In this document: in pieces, positions 1 to 10,470 of the stretch
Numbering within the stretch: position 1 is the first letter of the stretch
Layout of the letters: each line of letters begins with the position of its first letter
Virus record (IMG/VR): IMGVR_UViG_3300013426_000001
Coordinates: 32,001-96,000 of that record
From: a virus
Taxonomy: Duplodnaviria > Caudoviricetes
Length of the DNA stretch: 64,000 bases
Reading direction: 5' to 3' (one strand)
The notes under the pieces: model-generated
Databases searched by the model: none
Seen by the model: only the letters and a program-made list of their open reading frames with translations
Told to the model about the DNA's origin: nothing
Made by a program: the position numbers and the translations under genes

Positions 1-2
1 CG

Positions 3-605
3 AATAATGCGGTTAGTTCTCAAAACGTTAGTACAACGATAAACGGAGTGGCGCTTAGTGAGATTTTCGAGAGCGACAAGAAAACCGCAAAACAAGCCAC
101 ATTAGCGCAAAATATTGTCGATGGAGCAGTTACGGGATCCTCATTGAACAAACCGCAGCAATTAGTTTCGCATTCGATTTATATTAAAGCGTCGGATTAT
201 TCAATGGAAGTTGCGATTCCGTGCGTTAACAACAGTAGTTCTTATGGGAATAACTTCTTAAATTTTTGTAATGATTATAAGAGTGGCTCGGTCGCTTACG
301 CGGAAAATTTAACAGCGGGAGGACACTTAAATAGGGAAACCGATGGCGGCCTATTCGTAAACATTACACAAGCAATGAAAATGGAAAAAATATCGGCGGG
401 TCAGGTTTTTAAATATAAAATTGATTTTGCTGGCGTGCGGTATAATTCAGAGAAAAATCGCATGGAAGGGTCAACTTTATCTTTGTATATACGGAATGGA
501 GACGATGGAACCAAGGCTTATAAATATATAGAACCGACTTCTGGCGAACCAGTTTATACAATAAGAGACTTAGCTTATTCAATAACTGGGATTGAAAACA
601 TATAA
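3..605 (+). CDS. Tail-fibre-related protein, C-terminal part (5' end outside window)
   Basis: Frame is open from position 3 (NNAVSSQNVSTTINGV...), so the gene starts upstream; lies at the head of the tail-fibre cluster. Confidence 0.5.
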   Translation, partial: NNAVSSQNVSTTINGVALSEIFESDKKTAKQATLAQNIVDGAVTGSSLNKPQQLVSHSIYIKASDYSMEVAIPCVNNSSSYGNNFLNFCNDYKSGSVAYAENLTAGGHLNRETDGGLFVNITQAMKMEKISAGQVFKYKIDFAGVRYNSEKNRMEGSTLSLYIRNGDDGTKAYKYIEPTSGEPVYTIRDLAYSITGIENI

Positions 606-657
606 AATAAAAAAACCAAATACCAAACTTGAGCGTTGGTATTAATCGAGGGCAATT

Positions 658-1764
658 ATGGTAGATAAAAAATATAGAAGTGAATACACGGGGGAAGAAA
701 TCGACGCCGCCGTGACCAAAATCAATGCCCTTGATCTGAACAACTATTACGATAAGTCGGATATTGACGCGGAGCTCGACAAAAAACTCGACAAATCCGC
801 AGCCGAAGCGACTTATTACAACAAAACAGAAATTGATGATCAAGGACATTTTGAAAACGATACACCAAACGCTCAAGTATCGGTCGGAAATCTCGCGGCT
901 GGAACGAAGCTCGCGGGGCTTTCCCTTAAAACGATTTTGAAGATGATGGTGTACGGGGAGCGGTCTTACCCCGAACTTACGGCGCCGTCGTTTGGTTATA
1001 CGCTTAACGGAGCGAACTTCGGGATGTGCGGAGCGGCTTATGCGCTTAGCGGCGTGCTCACTTTTGACAGAGGGCTTATCAATCCTGCTTATGGCACGAG
1101 CGGTAAACGTGCTGGCTTACCGTACCGTTACGATGTTGGTGGAAACCAAATCGATAGCGAACTTACGGAACAGCCGTTTAGTTACGCGTATACGATTTTG
1201 GGACCTGGCGAAAACGAGGTGAAAATCGACGTTTATTACGCGCAGGGCGAACAACCGCTTGATAGCATTGGAGCACCTTATGGAGCGCCTTATCCCGCTG
1301 GCTCGATAGAAAAGATGATAACGGTTACGGGGCTTACGGCTTCGTTTAGCGGTATTGACGGGCAAGAACCGACTAAAGATACTTTCCCTGCCGAACTTAT
1401 CCCGTTTGATAGTAAAGATTTTGAAGAGAGCGGTCTTTTCGGAGATGGGAGTGAAATTTATGGTTATCAAGTGGCGACGCCTGGAATTACGACTGCGCAA
1501 GACGTACAAATCATTTTGTTACCTGACGGCGTGGATATTTACGGAATTCAAAGTTGGAACGTTTTATGCGGTGGCTGGAGCTGGTTTTACGGCGAAACCG
1601 CGCAGGAAACGATGGCGGCTAACACGTGGATTAAAACGGACGAGGTTGTATCGAAAGAGATTGACGGTGTTTCGGTGAATTATCGCAAATACAAATTCAA
1701 TACCGAGGATTACGGTTTGATGGACGAAAATTATTTTAGATTCTTTCTTAAGGAGGTCGAGTAA
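658..1764 (+). CDS. Virion tail-fibre/structural protein
   Basis: N-terminal YRSEYTGEEIDAAV resembles 9354 (YLSKFTGARVDSAV); YYDKSDID/YYNKTEID fibre repeats; C-terminal half resembles that of 2366..3622. Confidence 0.6.
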   Translation: MVDKKYRSEYTGEEIDAAVTKINALDLNNYYDKSDIDAELDKKLDKSAAEATYYNKTEIDDQGHFENDTPNAQVSVGNLAAGTKLAGLSLKTILKMMVYGERSYPELTAPSFGYTLNGANFGMCGAAYALSGVLTFDRGLINPAYGTSGKRAGLPYRYDVGGNQIDSELTEQPFSYAYTILGPGENEVKIDVYYAQGEQPLDSIGAPYGAPYPAGSIEKMITVTGLTASFSGIDGQEPTKDTFPAELIPFDSKDFEESGLFGDGSEIYGYQVATPGITTAQDVQIILLPDGVDIYGIQSWNVLCGGWSWFYGETAQETMAANTWIKTDEVVSKEIDGVSVNYRKYKFNTEDYGLMDENYFRFFLKEVE

Positions 1765-1766
1765 AT

Positions 1767-2345
1767 ATGGGCAGGATTAGAGGTAGTTTTATAACGAGTA
1801 ACAATTACGAAGTTAAAAAAACGGCGCCTTTCGACGCCCGTATGCTCGTTAAGAAGAAATCCGACTTAACAGACCCGAGTTCGTGGAGCATAGCGGGAAG
1901 TTATAACGGTATGATCGTTGCGGTTGGAAACGACCCCGAAAAGGCGAATAATGGCTTATACATGCTTACGGATGTCGGGAATATAGATTCGCTGAGTTCG
2001 TGGATGAAGTTCGCGGAATTGTCTGATTTAGAGGCGATGAGTGCGAATATCCAAAACTTAACCGAAGAATTAGGCTTGGTAAAAGCCGAGCTCGACAAAA
2101 AGCAGGATAAACTTATTGCGGGCAAAAATATTATAATTGAGGATAACGTGATTTCGGCTACTGGCGAGGCTGGTGGCGGAAGTAGCGCTATTCAAGTGGA
2201 CAATCTTCCTGAAACTGGGGAAGAAGATACTATTTACTGTGTTAAAAATGACGGTTCGCTCTATATGTGGAACGAAGGCGCGTGGGTTTGCTACGGCAGA
2301 GATTACGAGCGTTTAACTATGTTATTGGGCGGATCGGCGAATTAA
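1767..2345 (+). CDS. Tail-fibre-associated protein
   Basis: PFDARMLV...YNGMIVAV domain paralogous to the N-terminus of 3641; KQDKLIAGKNIIIEDNVISA fibre motif; AAGGAGG RBS. Confidence 0.6.
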   Translation: MGRIRGSFITSNNYEVKKTAPFDARMLVKKKSDLTDPSSWSIAGSYNGMIVAVGNDPEKANNGLYMLTDVGNIDSLSSWMKFAELSDLEAMSANIQNLTEELGLVKAELDKKQDKLIAGKNIIIEDNVISATGEAGGGSSAIQVDNLPETGEEDTIYCVKNDGSLYMWNEGAWVCYGRDYERLTMLLGGSAN

Positions 2346-2365
2346 ATTTTTTAAAGGAGAAGAAT

Positions 2366-3622
2366 ATGGCAGACACAACTCTTCAAACTACGATCATTTT
2401 AAGAAATGACGTGACGGCGAATTGGGCTAATTCGACACTTGTTCTCAAAAAAGGCGAAGTGGCTATCGACACCGAGAAAAACATTTTCAAAATTGGTGAT
2501 GGCGAAAAGACCTTTTCGCAAATAGACAAATATTTTGCGTCGTTCGATGAAGTCGTTAAAGCGATTAACGAAGCAACGAAGAATCTTCATACGGCTGACG
2601 TATATGAAGCAGAAGTCAATCTTGGCGCTGACAAACTCGCGGCGCTTAAAGCATTGGCGACTAACCCGTTCAAAGGCGATTTCGGTATTGTAAAAGAAAA
2701 ACTCTCACCCGAAGGCAAGTATCAGTACACGGCGTACATCTATGACGGCGAAAACTGGGCGGCGATGGATGGCAACTATGACGCGGAAAACGTTTATTTT
2801 CAAAAGGACATTACGATAACTGCGCCTATTGGTGTTCAGACGATTCCTTCGAGTGGCTCTAAAACCCTTGCTACGACTGGCAAAAACCTTAAACAGGTTT
2901 TCGATATGATAGTCGCAGAAGAAAAGAATCCGAGCACGACTCAACCGACCGCTACGCTTAACTCGAGCAATATCGGAGCAAAGGAAGTTGGTACAAACAT
3001 CGCGATCGCTTACTCGTTTGCGACCAACGCTGGCTCTTATACTTACGGACCCGCTACGGGTGTTACGTTCTCTGACTATGAAGCGACATTCAATGGCGAG
3101 ACACTTACTGGCGCTACGGGCACGTTTGCTTCCATGCAGGTTATCGATGACACCAACCTTTCGATTAGCGGTAAATGCTCGTCGAGTGAAGGCGCTGTTC
3201 CTCTTACTAACCTTGGCAACCCCTATGAAACGGGTAAAATCGCGGCAAAAAATTATACACCGAGCAGAGGCACGTTGACTGGCTATCGTGGCTGGTTCTA
3301 CGGCTATTACAATGGCGACAATGCAATTGCAGCTCCCGCTTCAATTACTTCTGCTCAACTCAGAGCGTTTGGCACGAAAACGAGCTTCCCGACGACGATG
3401 AATACCACGAAGATGCAGCAGATGTTCTTCGCTGCTCCCAAGGGTAAAGTTTCGAGCGTTGCGATTTCGAATGCAGTTAACGGAGCTCCGTTGACAGTTA
3501 CCAAAGGTTCCGCTTCTGTTGAAGGCGCGAACGGCTATACGGCCGCTGAATACGATCTTTTCTACGTTGCTAACGCGGTTGCGGAAGGCGGCGACTCGAA
3601 ATGGAATATCGTGGCGAAATAA
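2366..3622 (+). CDS. Tail-fibre protein with Mtd_N/hyaluronidase-like N-terminal domain
   Basis: TIILRNDVTANW...VLKKGEVAIDTEKNIFKIGDG; start moved to ATG 2366 behind AAAGGAG. Confidence 0.7.
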   Translation: MADTTLQTTIILRNDVTANWANSTLVLKKGEVAIDTEKNIFKIGDGEKTFSQIDKYFASFDEVVKAINEATKNLHTADVYEAEVNLGADKLAALKALATNPFKGDFGIVKEKLSPEGKYQYTAYIYDGENWAAMDGNYDAENVYFQKDITITAPIGVQTIPSSGSKTLATTGKNLKQVFDMIVAEEKNPSTTQPTATLNSSNIGAKEVGTNIAIAYSFATNAGSYTYGPATGVTFSDYEATFNGETLTGATGTFASMQVIDDTNLSISGKCSSSEGAVPLTNLGNPYETGKIAAKNYTPSRGTLTGYRGWFYGYYNGDNAIAAPASITSAQLRAFGTKTSFPTTMNTTKMQQMFFAAPKGKVSSVAISNAVNGAPLTVTKGSASVEGANGYTAAEYDLFYVANAVAEGGDSKWNIVAK

Positions 3623-3640
3623 TAGGGAGGAAAATATAAT

Positions 3641-5512
3641 ATGACACGTGAAGAATTTTTTGAAAAATTAAATAACGGCGCAAAGTGGGACGTTGGTGTT
3701 GCGATTAATCGTACTAACCCTGTTCCTCTTGATGCTAATTCTGTTTTTGAATCCCTTGACGCGCTTACGACTTATGCGACCACCAACGCGCTTGCGTACC
3801 CTGGTCAAGTTGTTGCGGTTTTGGGAGAAGACGAAATTGCGGCGTACCTGATTAAAACGACTGGCGCTGGCGCGTTGATAAGCAAACTTGCAGCTTCGAG
3901 TGCGTCTGGCGATATCTCTGCGGACGTTGAAACTCTTAAAACGCAGGTTGCGAACATCATAAATGGTACGCAGGTTGTTGGCGCAGCTACCAAAGCTACG
4001 CAGGATGGCGAAGGAAACGTTATCTCGACGACTTATGCTACTGCGACTGCGCTTGATGGCGTAAAGACGACTGCTGAAAAAGGCGTTACTGACGCTGCGG
4101 AAGCTAAATCTGCTGCTGACGCCGCCAAAGAAGCTGCCGACGCGAAGGTTGGCGCGGTTTCTCTTGCGACTGGCACTGAAAACGGCACCGTAAAACTCAC
4201 GGTTGATGGAACTGATACCGAAGTTGCGGTTAAAGGACTTGGCTCTGCGGCTTATACTACGGCCGACGCTTATGACGCGGCGGGAACTGCGAAGGGATTG
4301 GTTGATGAGCATAACGTTTCGGCCGAAGCGCACTCTGATATTAGAGAATCTATAACTGCTCTTGCAGAAAAGGTCAGCGGACGTGCAACGGGTTATGTTT
4401 TCGCGAACAAAGAAGACCCGAAATATACCGAAGCGATTGGTAAAACTGGTTCTTTCGTCGTCGGTGATACAATTTATTTCACAGACGCAAACATTCCTGA
4501 CGAATGGGTGACTGCTGTTAATGAAAGTGAACCGTTCTACAACTTCCAGGAAATCGAAACTGAAAAGCCTAATCTTGACGGTTACGTTAAAGACACGAGA
4601 ACGATTAACGGCAAAGACTTAAAGACTGATATTGTACTCGGCGTTGCCGATATCGAGGGTGCGGCTTCGAAGACCGACGTTTCGACTGCTAAGACCGAAG
4701 TTCTCGGCGAAGTTGACACGAAACTTGAAGGCTACGTAAAAACCACCGAGCTTGACGGCAAAGGTTATATAACTAAAGACGTTGACGATCTTACGAACTA
4801 CACGACCACTGCTGACCTTAACACGGCGCTTGGCAACAAACAGGATAAGAACGCGACTCTTACGGCTATCGCGGCTCTTACGGGCGAAGGTTTGGTTAAG
4901 AAAACCGCTGACGGCGTTGAACTTGACACGAATGCGTACATAACCGAAGCGGCACTTACCGATTACGCGAAGAGTGCTGACGTTACGAAGGAAATTAACG
5001 AAGCGGTTGCTGATAAACAGACAGCCGATCAAGTAAACGCGCTTATCGCGGCTGCTACGATTCAGGGTTCGAAGGTTGAAGGCGCTGTTGCTAATGCGAC
5101 GACTGCTGCTACTGCGAACAAAGTCGCGAACAAACTTACGATTGGCTCGGAAGAATATGATGGCTCGGCTCCTGTTGAAGTAACCGCTGCTACTCTTGGT
5201 GCCCTTACCGAAGTTCCTGCTGCTACCGCTGAAAAGATTGGTGGTTTCAAGCTTCTTGGCGAAGAAGAAACGGCTGAAGAAACGGCTACTCATCGCATAG
5301 TTAAACTCGATGCTCACGACCACGCTTATGTCGACGTTCCCGCCGCGATGGTTTATAGTGCAAAAGCTGATGGCGGTCTTGAACTTGAAGACGGCGCGTT
5401 CGGAATTAAAGCACTCGGCGTTAAAGATTCGATGATCGAGAATGTTAGTACGGATAAGTTCGTTCAAGGGACAAACCCGTTTGTTCTCGATGGTGGTAAC
5501 GCAAACATTTAA
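3641..5512 (+). CDS. Ala/Thr-rich tail-fibre shaft protein
   Basis: KGLGSAAY, DAAGTA, HNxSxxAHxDIR, RTINGKDLKTDIVL and KQDK fibre motifs; ends LDGGNANI; GGGAGG RBS. Confidence 0.7.
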   Translation: MTREEFFEKLNNGAKWDVGVAINRTNPVPLDANSVFESLDALTTYATTNALAYPGQVVAVLGEDEIAAYLIKTTGAGALISKLAASSASGDISADVETLKTQVANIINGTQVVGAATKATQDGEGNVISTTYATATALDGVKTTAEKGVTDAAEAKSAADAAKEAADAKVGAVSLATGTENGTVKLTVDGTDTEVAVKGLGSAAYTTADAYDAAGTAKGLVDEHNVSAEAHSDIRESITALAEKVSGRATGYVFANKEDPKYTEAIGKTGSFVVGDTIYFTDANIPDEWVTAVNESEPFYNFQEIETEKPNLDGYVKDTRTINGKDLKTDIVLGVADIEGAASKTDVSTAKTEVLGEVDTKLEGYVKTTELDGKGYITKDVDDLTNYTTTADLNTALGNKQDKNATLTAIAALTGEGLVKKTADGVELDTNAYITEAALTDYAKSADVTKEINEAVADKQTADQVNALIAAATIQGSKVEGAVANATTAATANKVANKLTIGSEEYDGSAPVEVTAATLGALTEVPAATAEKIGGFKLLGEEETAEETATHRIVKLDAHDHAYVDVPAAMVYSAKADGGLELEDGAFGIKALGVKDSMIENVSTDKFVQGTNPFVLDGGNANI

Positions 5513-5520
5513 AACACGGC

Positions 5521-5544
5521 AAGGGGAGTTTAACTACTCCCCTT
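5521..5544 (+). terminator. Intergenic stem-loop (possible terminator or processing site)
   Basis: AAGGGGAGT-TTAACT-ACTCCCCTT perfect 9-bp stem; no clear U-tract. Confidence 0.45.
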
Positions 5545-5576
5545 CACTAAAATAAAAATATAGAGGTCAAAATAAT

Positions 5577-7547
5577 ATGGCTGATACAATATTAAAAACT
5601 AGAATTTCTTTAAAGTATGATACACTGGCGAATTGGACGGCGAGTGAATTAGTCCTTAATAAAGGTGAAATAGCGATTGCGGAAATTCCCACGTCTAATC
5701 CCGAACTTAAACAGCATCCTCCTGTGATGTTTAAGGTTGGTGTCGGCAATAAAAAGTTTTCCGAACTTGATTGGGCTTCGGGGCTCGCTGCCGATGTTTA
5801 TGGCTGGGCGAAGGCTGCTACAAGACCCGCTTATAAATATGGAGACGCCGATTTAACGGGTTTTGGAACTGCGGCCGCTAAAAATGTCGGCGATTTCGAT
5901 GCTGCTGGTGCGGCTTCTACGGCGGAAAAGAATGCAAAATCTTATGTAGATGAAAAGATAGCGGCGCTTCCCGCTCAGGCTGAATATACGCTCGAGAGTA
6001 ACGAAGATGGCAAACTGAGCCTTATGAAAAATGGCGAAGCTGCAAGTACTGTTGAAATCGAAGGTTGGGCGGAATTGCTCACTTCCATTGCAGCGAAATA
6101 CACGAAGCCCGAAGGCGGAATTCCGAAGAGCGATTTAGCTTCGGGGGTTCAGACTTCGTTGGACAAAGCCGATTCTTCGGTCCAATCTGTTGCGTTGGCG
6201 AGTGGTACGAATAACGGCACGTTGAAACTTACTGTTAACGGTACGGCGACTGACAACATCGCGGTCAAAGGGCTCGGTTCCGCTGCTTATAAAGCAGATA
6301 CGGCTTTTGATGCCGCGGGTTCCGCTGCTGCTGTTTTAGGCGAAGATGGCGATGCCGCAACTAAAAATACCGTATATGGAGCGAAGGCTGCCGCCGCGGC
6401 TGCGCAGAAAACCATCGATGATTATAAAACGTCAAACGATGTAGCGCTTGCGGCTGTAAAAAAGACAGCCGATGCCGCGCAAACCTCGGCGCAGGTTGAT
6501 GCAAAGATTTCGACACATAATACTTCGAGTACGGCGCACGATGATATTCGTCAAGAAATACAGGGGCTTTCCGAGAAGTTAAGCGGTAGGACTACGAACT
6601 ACGTTTATAAAAACAAAGACGATGCGGCTTATAAAGCGGCGATAGCAAAAGCTGGAAGTTTTATTGTCGGTGATACGATTTACTTCGAAGACGACAACAT
6701 TTCTGATCAATGGGTTGTCGCGGTAAACGCTGCTTCTCCGTTCTATACGTTCAAAGACATCGAAACCGAACATCCTTCGTTCGATGGCTACGTAAAGGGC
6801 ACTGGACTCACTGCTGAAAAATTCGTTCTTGGTGCTGCTGGCTCGAATGTAAAGGCGAGTACTTATGGTGCTTCTACGACTCTTACGGCTACCGATAACG
6901 CAAATCTCCCCACGTCGAAAGCTGTTGCCGATTACGTTAGCAATCAGATAAGTGGTAAACAGGATACGATTAAGGCTGGAACTCACGTAACTATAGGAAC
7001 CGATGGCGTTACGGTTAACGCTGCTTGGCCGACCGCTTCTGATGCTGGATATGAAGGTATTGGCAAAGTTGGTACGGTTACTGGCGTTAAGATGAACGGA
7101 GCTGCTGCTGCGGCGACCTCTGGTGTTGTAGATCTTGGAACCGTTCTTACTGATGCAAGTGCGTTTGATGCTGCTGGCACAGCTGCAGATGCTGTTAGTA
7201 CGCACAATAGTTCAACAACTGCACATGCTGATATTCGCACAGAAGTAGGTAAAAAGCAGGATATTATCAATGCGAATAACAAACTTTCTGCTGATTTTGT
7301 TAGCGGGCTCGGTGCTGCAGCCAAAAAAGGCGTGGCCTCCTCTGTTACTGCGGCTGGAACCGATTTGCCGACTGCTGGTGCCGTCGCCTCTTATGTTGGA
7401 ACTGAAATCGGCAAGATATCTATTCCGACCGTAAATAACGCGGCTCTTAAAGACACCTCGGGTGCGACGATATTTACTGCGAATGCTTCGGAAGACGTTA
7501 ATATTTTATATATTGACTGTGGTAATTCCACTGGTTGGGAAGCGTAA
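5577..7547 (+). CDS. Tail-fibre protein with Mtd_N-like N-terminus, paralog of 3641..5512
   Basis: TRISLKYDTLANW...VLNKGEIAI...FKVGVG; shares long blocks with 3641 (GSFxVGDTIYF...PFYxFxxIETE); ends IDCGNS. Confidence 0.7.
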   Translation: MADTILKTRISLKYDTLANWTASELVLNKGEIAIAEIPTSNPELKQHPPVMFKVGVGNKKFSELDWASGLAADVYGWAKAATRPAYKYGDADLTGFGTAAAKNVGDFDAAGAASTAEKNAKSYVDEKIAALPAQAEYTLESNEDGKLSLMKNGEAASTVEIEGWAELLTSIAAKYTKPEGGIPKSDLASGVQTSLDKADSSVQSVALASGTNNGTLKLTVNGTATDNIAVKGLGSAAYKADTAFDAAGSAAAVLGEDGDAATKNTVYGAKAAAAAAQKTIDDYKTSNDVALAAVKKTADAAQTSAQVDAKISTHNTSSTAHDDIRQEIQGLSEKLSGRTTNYVYKNKDDAAYKAAIAKAGSFIVGDTIYFEDDNISDQWVVAVNAASPFYTFKDIETEHPSFDGYVKGTGLTAEKFVLGAAGSNVKASTYGASTTLTATDNANLPTSKAVADYVSNQISGKQDTIKAGTHVTIGTDGVTVNAAWPTASDAGYEGIGKVGTVTGVKMNGAAAAATSGVVDLGTVLTDASAFDAAGTAADAVSTHNSSTTAHADIRTEVGKKQDIINANNKLSADFVSGLGAAAKKGVASSVTAAGTDLPTAGAVASYVGTEIGKISIPTVNNAALKDTSGATIFTANASEDVNILYIDCGNSTGWEA

Positions 7548-7562
7548 AACTAAACAAAACTA

Positions 7563-7597
7563 CCGCACGGGGCGAGGGTTGCTTCGCCCCTACGCGG
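7563..7597 (+). terminator. Intergenic GC-rich stem-loop
   Basis: GGGGCGA...TCGCCCC stem extended by CCGC/GCGG. Confidence 0.4.
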
Positions 7598-7687
7598 AAT
7601 TAAACACGAAAACACAGCCGCCTCTGGAATGACGGGGCGACTTACTTCCAAATTTTGGAAATGATAAATTGAAGGAGGTTTTTATAT

Positions 7688-8974
7688 ATGGCTGGTGAAA
7701 AAGAAAGTTCGAGTACCACAACTAAACTCAAAACAAGAATAAGACAAAAACACGACACGGAGACAAATTGGCTCAAAGCTACCACTTTTGTGCCGCTCGA
7801 TGGTGAATTGATTATATATGACGTCGATGATACACACTCGACCCCGAGATTTAAGGTTGGTGATGGAATACAGGTAGTGGGCGATTTACCGTTTTTGGCG
7901 GATGGTATTAATTCTCAGTATCTTAGAAATAATTATATTCCTATTAAAGAAATAACTTCAGGGTCTTTTATAGTTCCACAAATAGGTTATAATAAAGAAA
8001 TTTATTGGTTAAATTCAGATGTAAGTGTAGTCGAACAGTCTTTAGCACAAAGATACACAGATGGTAGATTGAGAGTTGGAGATCCTGTTGAAAATAATGA
8101 TGCAGTAAATCTTCTGTATCTGGATAATCATTTTGTAGCAGGCAACGGTATCTCTATCGACAAGAAAGCCAATGAAGAGAAAGTCGAGATTAAGATTGAC
8201 CCAACGAGAGAAATTAAAGTATCGACGTTACGAAGCGTACCAAGCGGTCAAACAGCACCTTTTATATATATTGATTCGACGATAGGTATAACGTATAAGC
8301 CTGACGCAAGCACCCCAAGTAGGATATTTACATTTCCTTCTTCAGACGGTACGCTTACGACGCAGAATTCGTTCAAGACTATTAATGGCAATTCAATCGT
8401 TGGTTCTGGAGATATTACTATTTCAGGCGGAAGTGGAGATGTTACTGCGGCTGGGGATAATACTTTTACTGGTACAAATGTTTTTACTAGTAATACTCTC
8501 GAAGTTGGAGATGGAAAAGATAAAATAAGTGACAATGGCAAAGCGGTAATTATTTCTGCTACAGGTATAAAAATTTATGATGGTTTAGCTGGTAGAAATT
8601 ACACTGTAAAATTTCCTACATATGAAAAAGGAAATGGAGGCACATTAGCTACTTTAGCAGATGTAACTGGTGATATTAGTAGTTCTGCTAACAATACATT
8701 CACAGGTACTAACATCTTTAAAAAATCAGTAAGTTTTGATTATGGACTGTTAGAAATAAGGAATGTATCTACTTCTTCCAGTCCAAATACGGATGGTATT
8801 ATTTTTAAAGATTCATCAAATAATACTTTCTGCTGGTATCAAGGTACTAAATGGACTACTAGTACTGGAAAAGTTATTCAGTTACCAACCTCCGCGGGTA
8901 CACTCGCGCTTACTTCAGACATTAAAATCAAATCTGCCTCACTCGATGGCACAACTTTAACGCTTACTATTTAA
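7688..8974 (+). CDS. Tail-fibre protein with Mtd_N-like N-terminus (candidate receptor-binding tip)
   Basis: TRIRQKHDTETNW...PLDGELIIYD...FKVGDG; FKTINGNSIVGSGDI, NTFTGTN repeats, LPTSAGTLALTSDI; AAGGAGG RBS. Confidence 0.7.
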   Translation: MAGEKESSSTTTKLKTRIRQKHDTETNWLKATTFVPLDGELIIYDVDDTHSTPRFKVGDGIQVVGDLPFLADGINSQYLRNNYIPIKEITSGSFIVPQIGYNKEIYWLNSDVSVVEQSLAQRYTDGRLRVGDPVENNDAVNLLYLDNHFVAGNGISIDKKANEEKVEIKIDPTREIKVSTLRSVPSGQTAPFIYIDSTIGITYKPDASTPSRIFTFPSSDGTLTTQNSFKTINGNSIVGSGDITISGGSGDVTAAGDNTFTGTNVFTSNTLEVGDGKDKISDNGKAVIISATGIKIYDGLAGRNYTVKFPTYEKGNGGTLATLADVTGDISSSANNTFTGTNIFKKSVSFDYGLLEIRNVSTSSSPNTDGIIFKDSSNNTFCWYQGTKWTTSTGKVIQLPTSAGTLALTSDIKIKSASLDGTTLTLTI

Positions 8975-9012
8975 AAAAATCGATTAAAAACTTATATACT
9001 GGGAGGGAAAAT

Positions 9013-9351
9013 ATGGATATCGATAGAATAATCTTATACGTTATAATCGGTGCGCTTATTTTGGGCGCCCTGGTTTATGCAATCATTTGGATTATAAAAT
9101 TCTGCAAAATGAGCAAAGACGAAAAAATTAAATTGCTCAAAACTTATCTCAAAGGGCTTGTCGCTCTTGCCGAACAAGAAATAGTCGGAAGCAAACGTGG
9201 TGAAGAGAAACTCGCGATGGTTGAAGAGTATTTTAACAAAAAGGCGCCCGTTTTATACAAAATGGTACTTTCGGCTCTTGGCAAAGAAAACCTCAAAGAA
9301 CTTATCGAGGAAGCACTCAAAGAAATTAAAGATTCGTTCGGAGGTTGCTAA
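9013..9351 (+). CDS. Holin (LL-H-like)
   Basis: One N-terminal TM helix, then LVALAEQ...GEEKLAMV...LIEEALKEIK typical of LL-H-type holins. Confidence 0.6.
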   Translation: MDIDRIILYVIIGALILGALVYAIIWIIKFCKMSKDEKIKLLKTYLKGLVALAEQEIVGSKRGEEKLAMVEEYFNKKAPVLYKMVLSALGKENLKELIEEALKEIKDSFGGC

Positions 9352-9353
9352 TT

Positions 9354-10337
9354 ATGGCGGAGTATTTATCTAAATTTACTGGCGCTCGTGTGGATTCGGC
9401 GGTGGAGAAAATCCCCGCCACCTTACCCACCGAAGACAGTAGTATAATCGTCATCAGCAAAGACGGAACGACGGGCTATACGACGCTTTCGAGTTTAGGC
9501 GCTGGAGACGTTGTTGCGGCTGGGAATAACGCTTTTACGGGGAACAACACGTTCGCTGGAACTTCGACGTTTAACGGTGACGTGACGATGGCGAAAACGC
9601 CGACCATTCCTGGATATGCGAACTTGGCAGGCGAGAATACTTTTACTGGTAGCAATACTTTTAGTGGGGATGTTACGATTTCTAAAATTCCCAATATAAC
9701 GGGTTATGCGGCGTTGGCTGGCGCTAACACTTTTACGGGGTCAAACACGTTCCAGCAAGACGTTACTATAGGAACAACGGCGCAATATGTTTCGATTACT
9801 TCAACAGGTATTTCGAAAAAGGCGAGCGATGCAAGCTCGGTACTTAGTTATGATTTACCTAATAGTGCGGGCATTCTTGCGTTAACTACGGATATTGCTT
9901 CAGCGGTTGCTGGTTTGGCGAGTACGGGTTCTTCTAATAGCTTTTCGGCAAACAATTATTTCGCCTATAATAAAGGAATAGATATCGGTGAAAAATCAGT
10001 CGCGCCGCCGTGGCTTGCGATTAGAAATGATAATACGGTTGTTCAGGATAAAGTCGCATTCTTTTATCACGATGGCAATGCGGAAAACACCCAAAATGTG
10101 GCGTATTTCCCAGCTCAAAGTGGCGTTATAGCACTTACTCCGATGGCGGCACCGACTGAAACAAGCTTCGTTACTTATGGTACAGATTTTAAACCCCAAT
10201 GGGTTAAAGGAAGCGATATTCCCGACGCGAAGGCGGTTACGGCGCTTGCTGATAGACTGGATAAAATCGAGACGCTCTTGGCTCCTGGTTTAGCTGCGGA
10301 GAACGCAAGGGCTATTTATTGGTTGCTTGCTGAATAA
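9354..10337 (+). CDS. Tail-fibre protein with NTFTG repeats
   Basis: Three tandem LAGxNTFTGSNTF-like repeats, LPNSAGILALTTDI; start at ATG 9354 behind GGAGG. Confidence 0.65.
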   Translation: MAEYLSKFTGARVDSAVEKIPATLPTEDSSIIVISKDGTTGYTTLSSLGAGDVVAAGNNAFTGNNTFAGTSTFNGDVTMAKTPTIPGYANLAGENTFTGSNTFSGDVTISKIPNITGYAALAGANTFTGSNTFQQDVTIGTTAQYVSITSTGISKKASDASSVLSYDLPNSAGILALTTDIASAVAGLASTGSSNSFSANNYFAYNKGIDIGEKSVAPPWLAIRNDNTVVQDKVAFFYHDGNAENTQNVAYFPAQSGVIALTPMAAPTETSFVTYGTDFKPQWVKGSDIPDAKAVTALADRLDKIETLLAPGLAAENARAIYWLLAE

Positions 10338-10352
10338 AACCCTCGTTTTATT
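10333..10352. repeat. Junction palindrome AATAAAA-CCCTCG-TTTTATT
   Basis: Perfect copy overlapping the TAA stop of 9354..10337. Confidence 0.75.
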
Positions 10353-10389
10353 ACATGGAGAAATTTTAGGAAATTTTTTAGGTAAAATT

Positions 10390-10420
10390 AGAGACTTCGC
10401 TATGTGCGAGGTCTCTTTTT
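10390..10420 (+). terminator. Rho-independent terminator
   Basis: AGAGACTTCGC-TATGT-GCGAGGTCTCT followed by T-tract. Confidence 0.75.
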
Positions 10421-10470
10421 ATCTATATTTTTGGGAATTTGGGAAAATAAAAAACAAGGAGGCACGGAAT

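Noticed and set aside
2366-8974. Diversity-generating retroelement suggested by Mtd_N-like domains
   Set aside because: No reverse transcriptase and no TR/VR pair differing at adenines was seen; the similarities are diverged protein-level paralogy.
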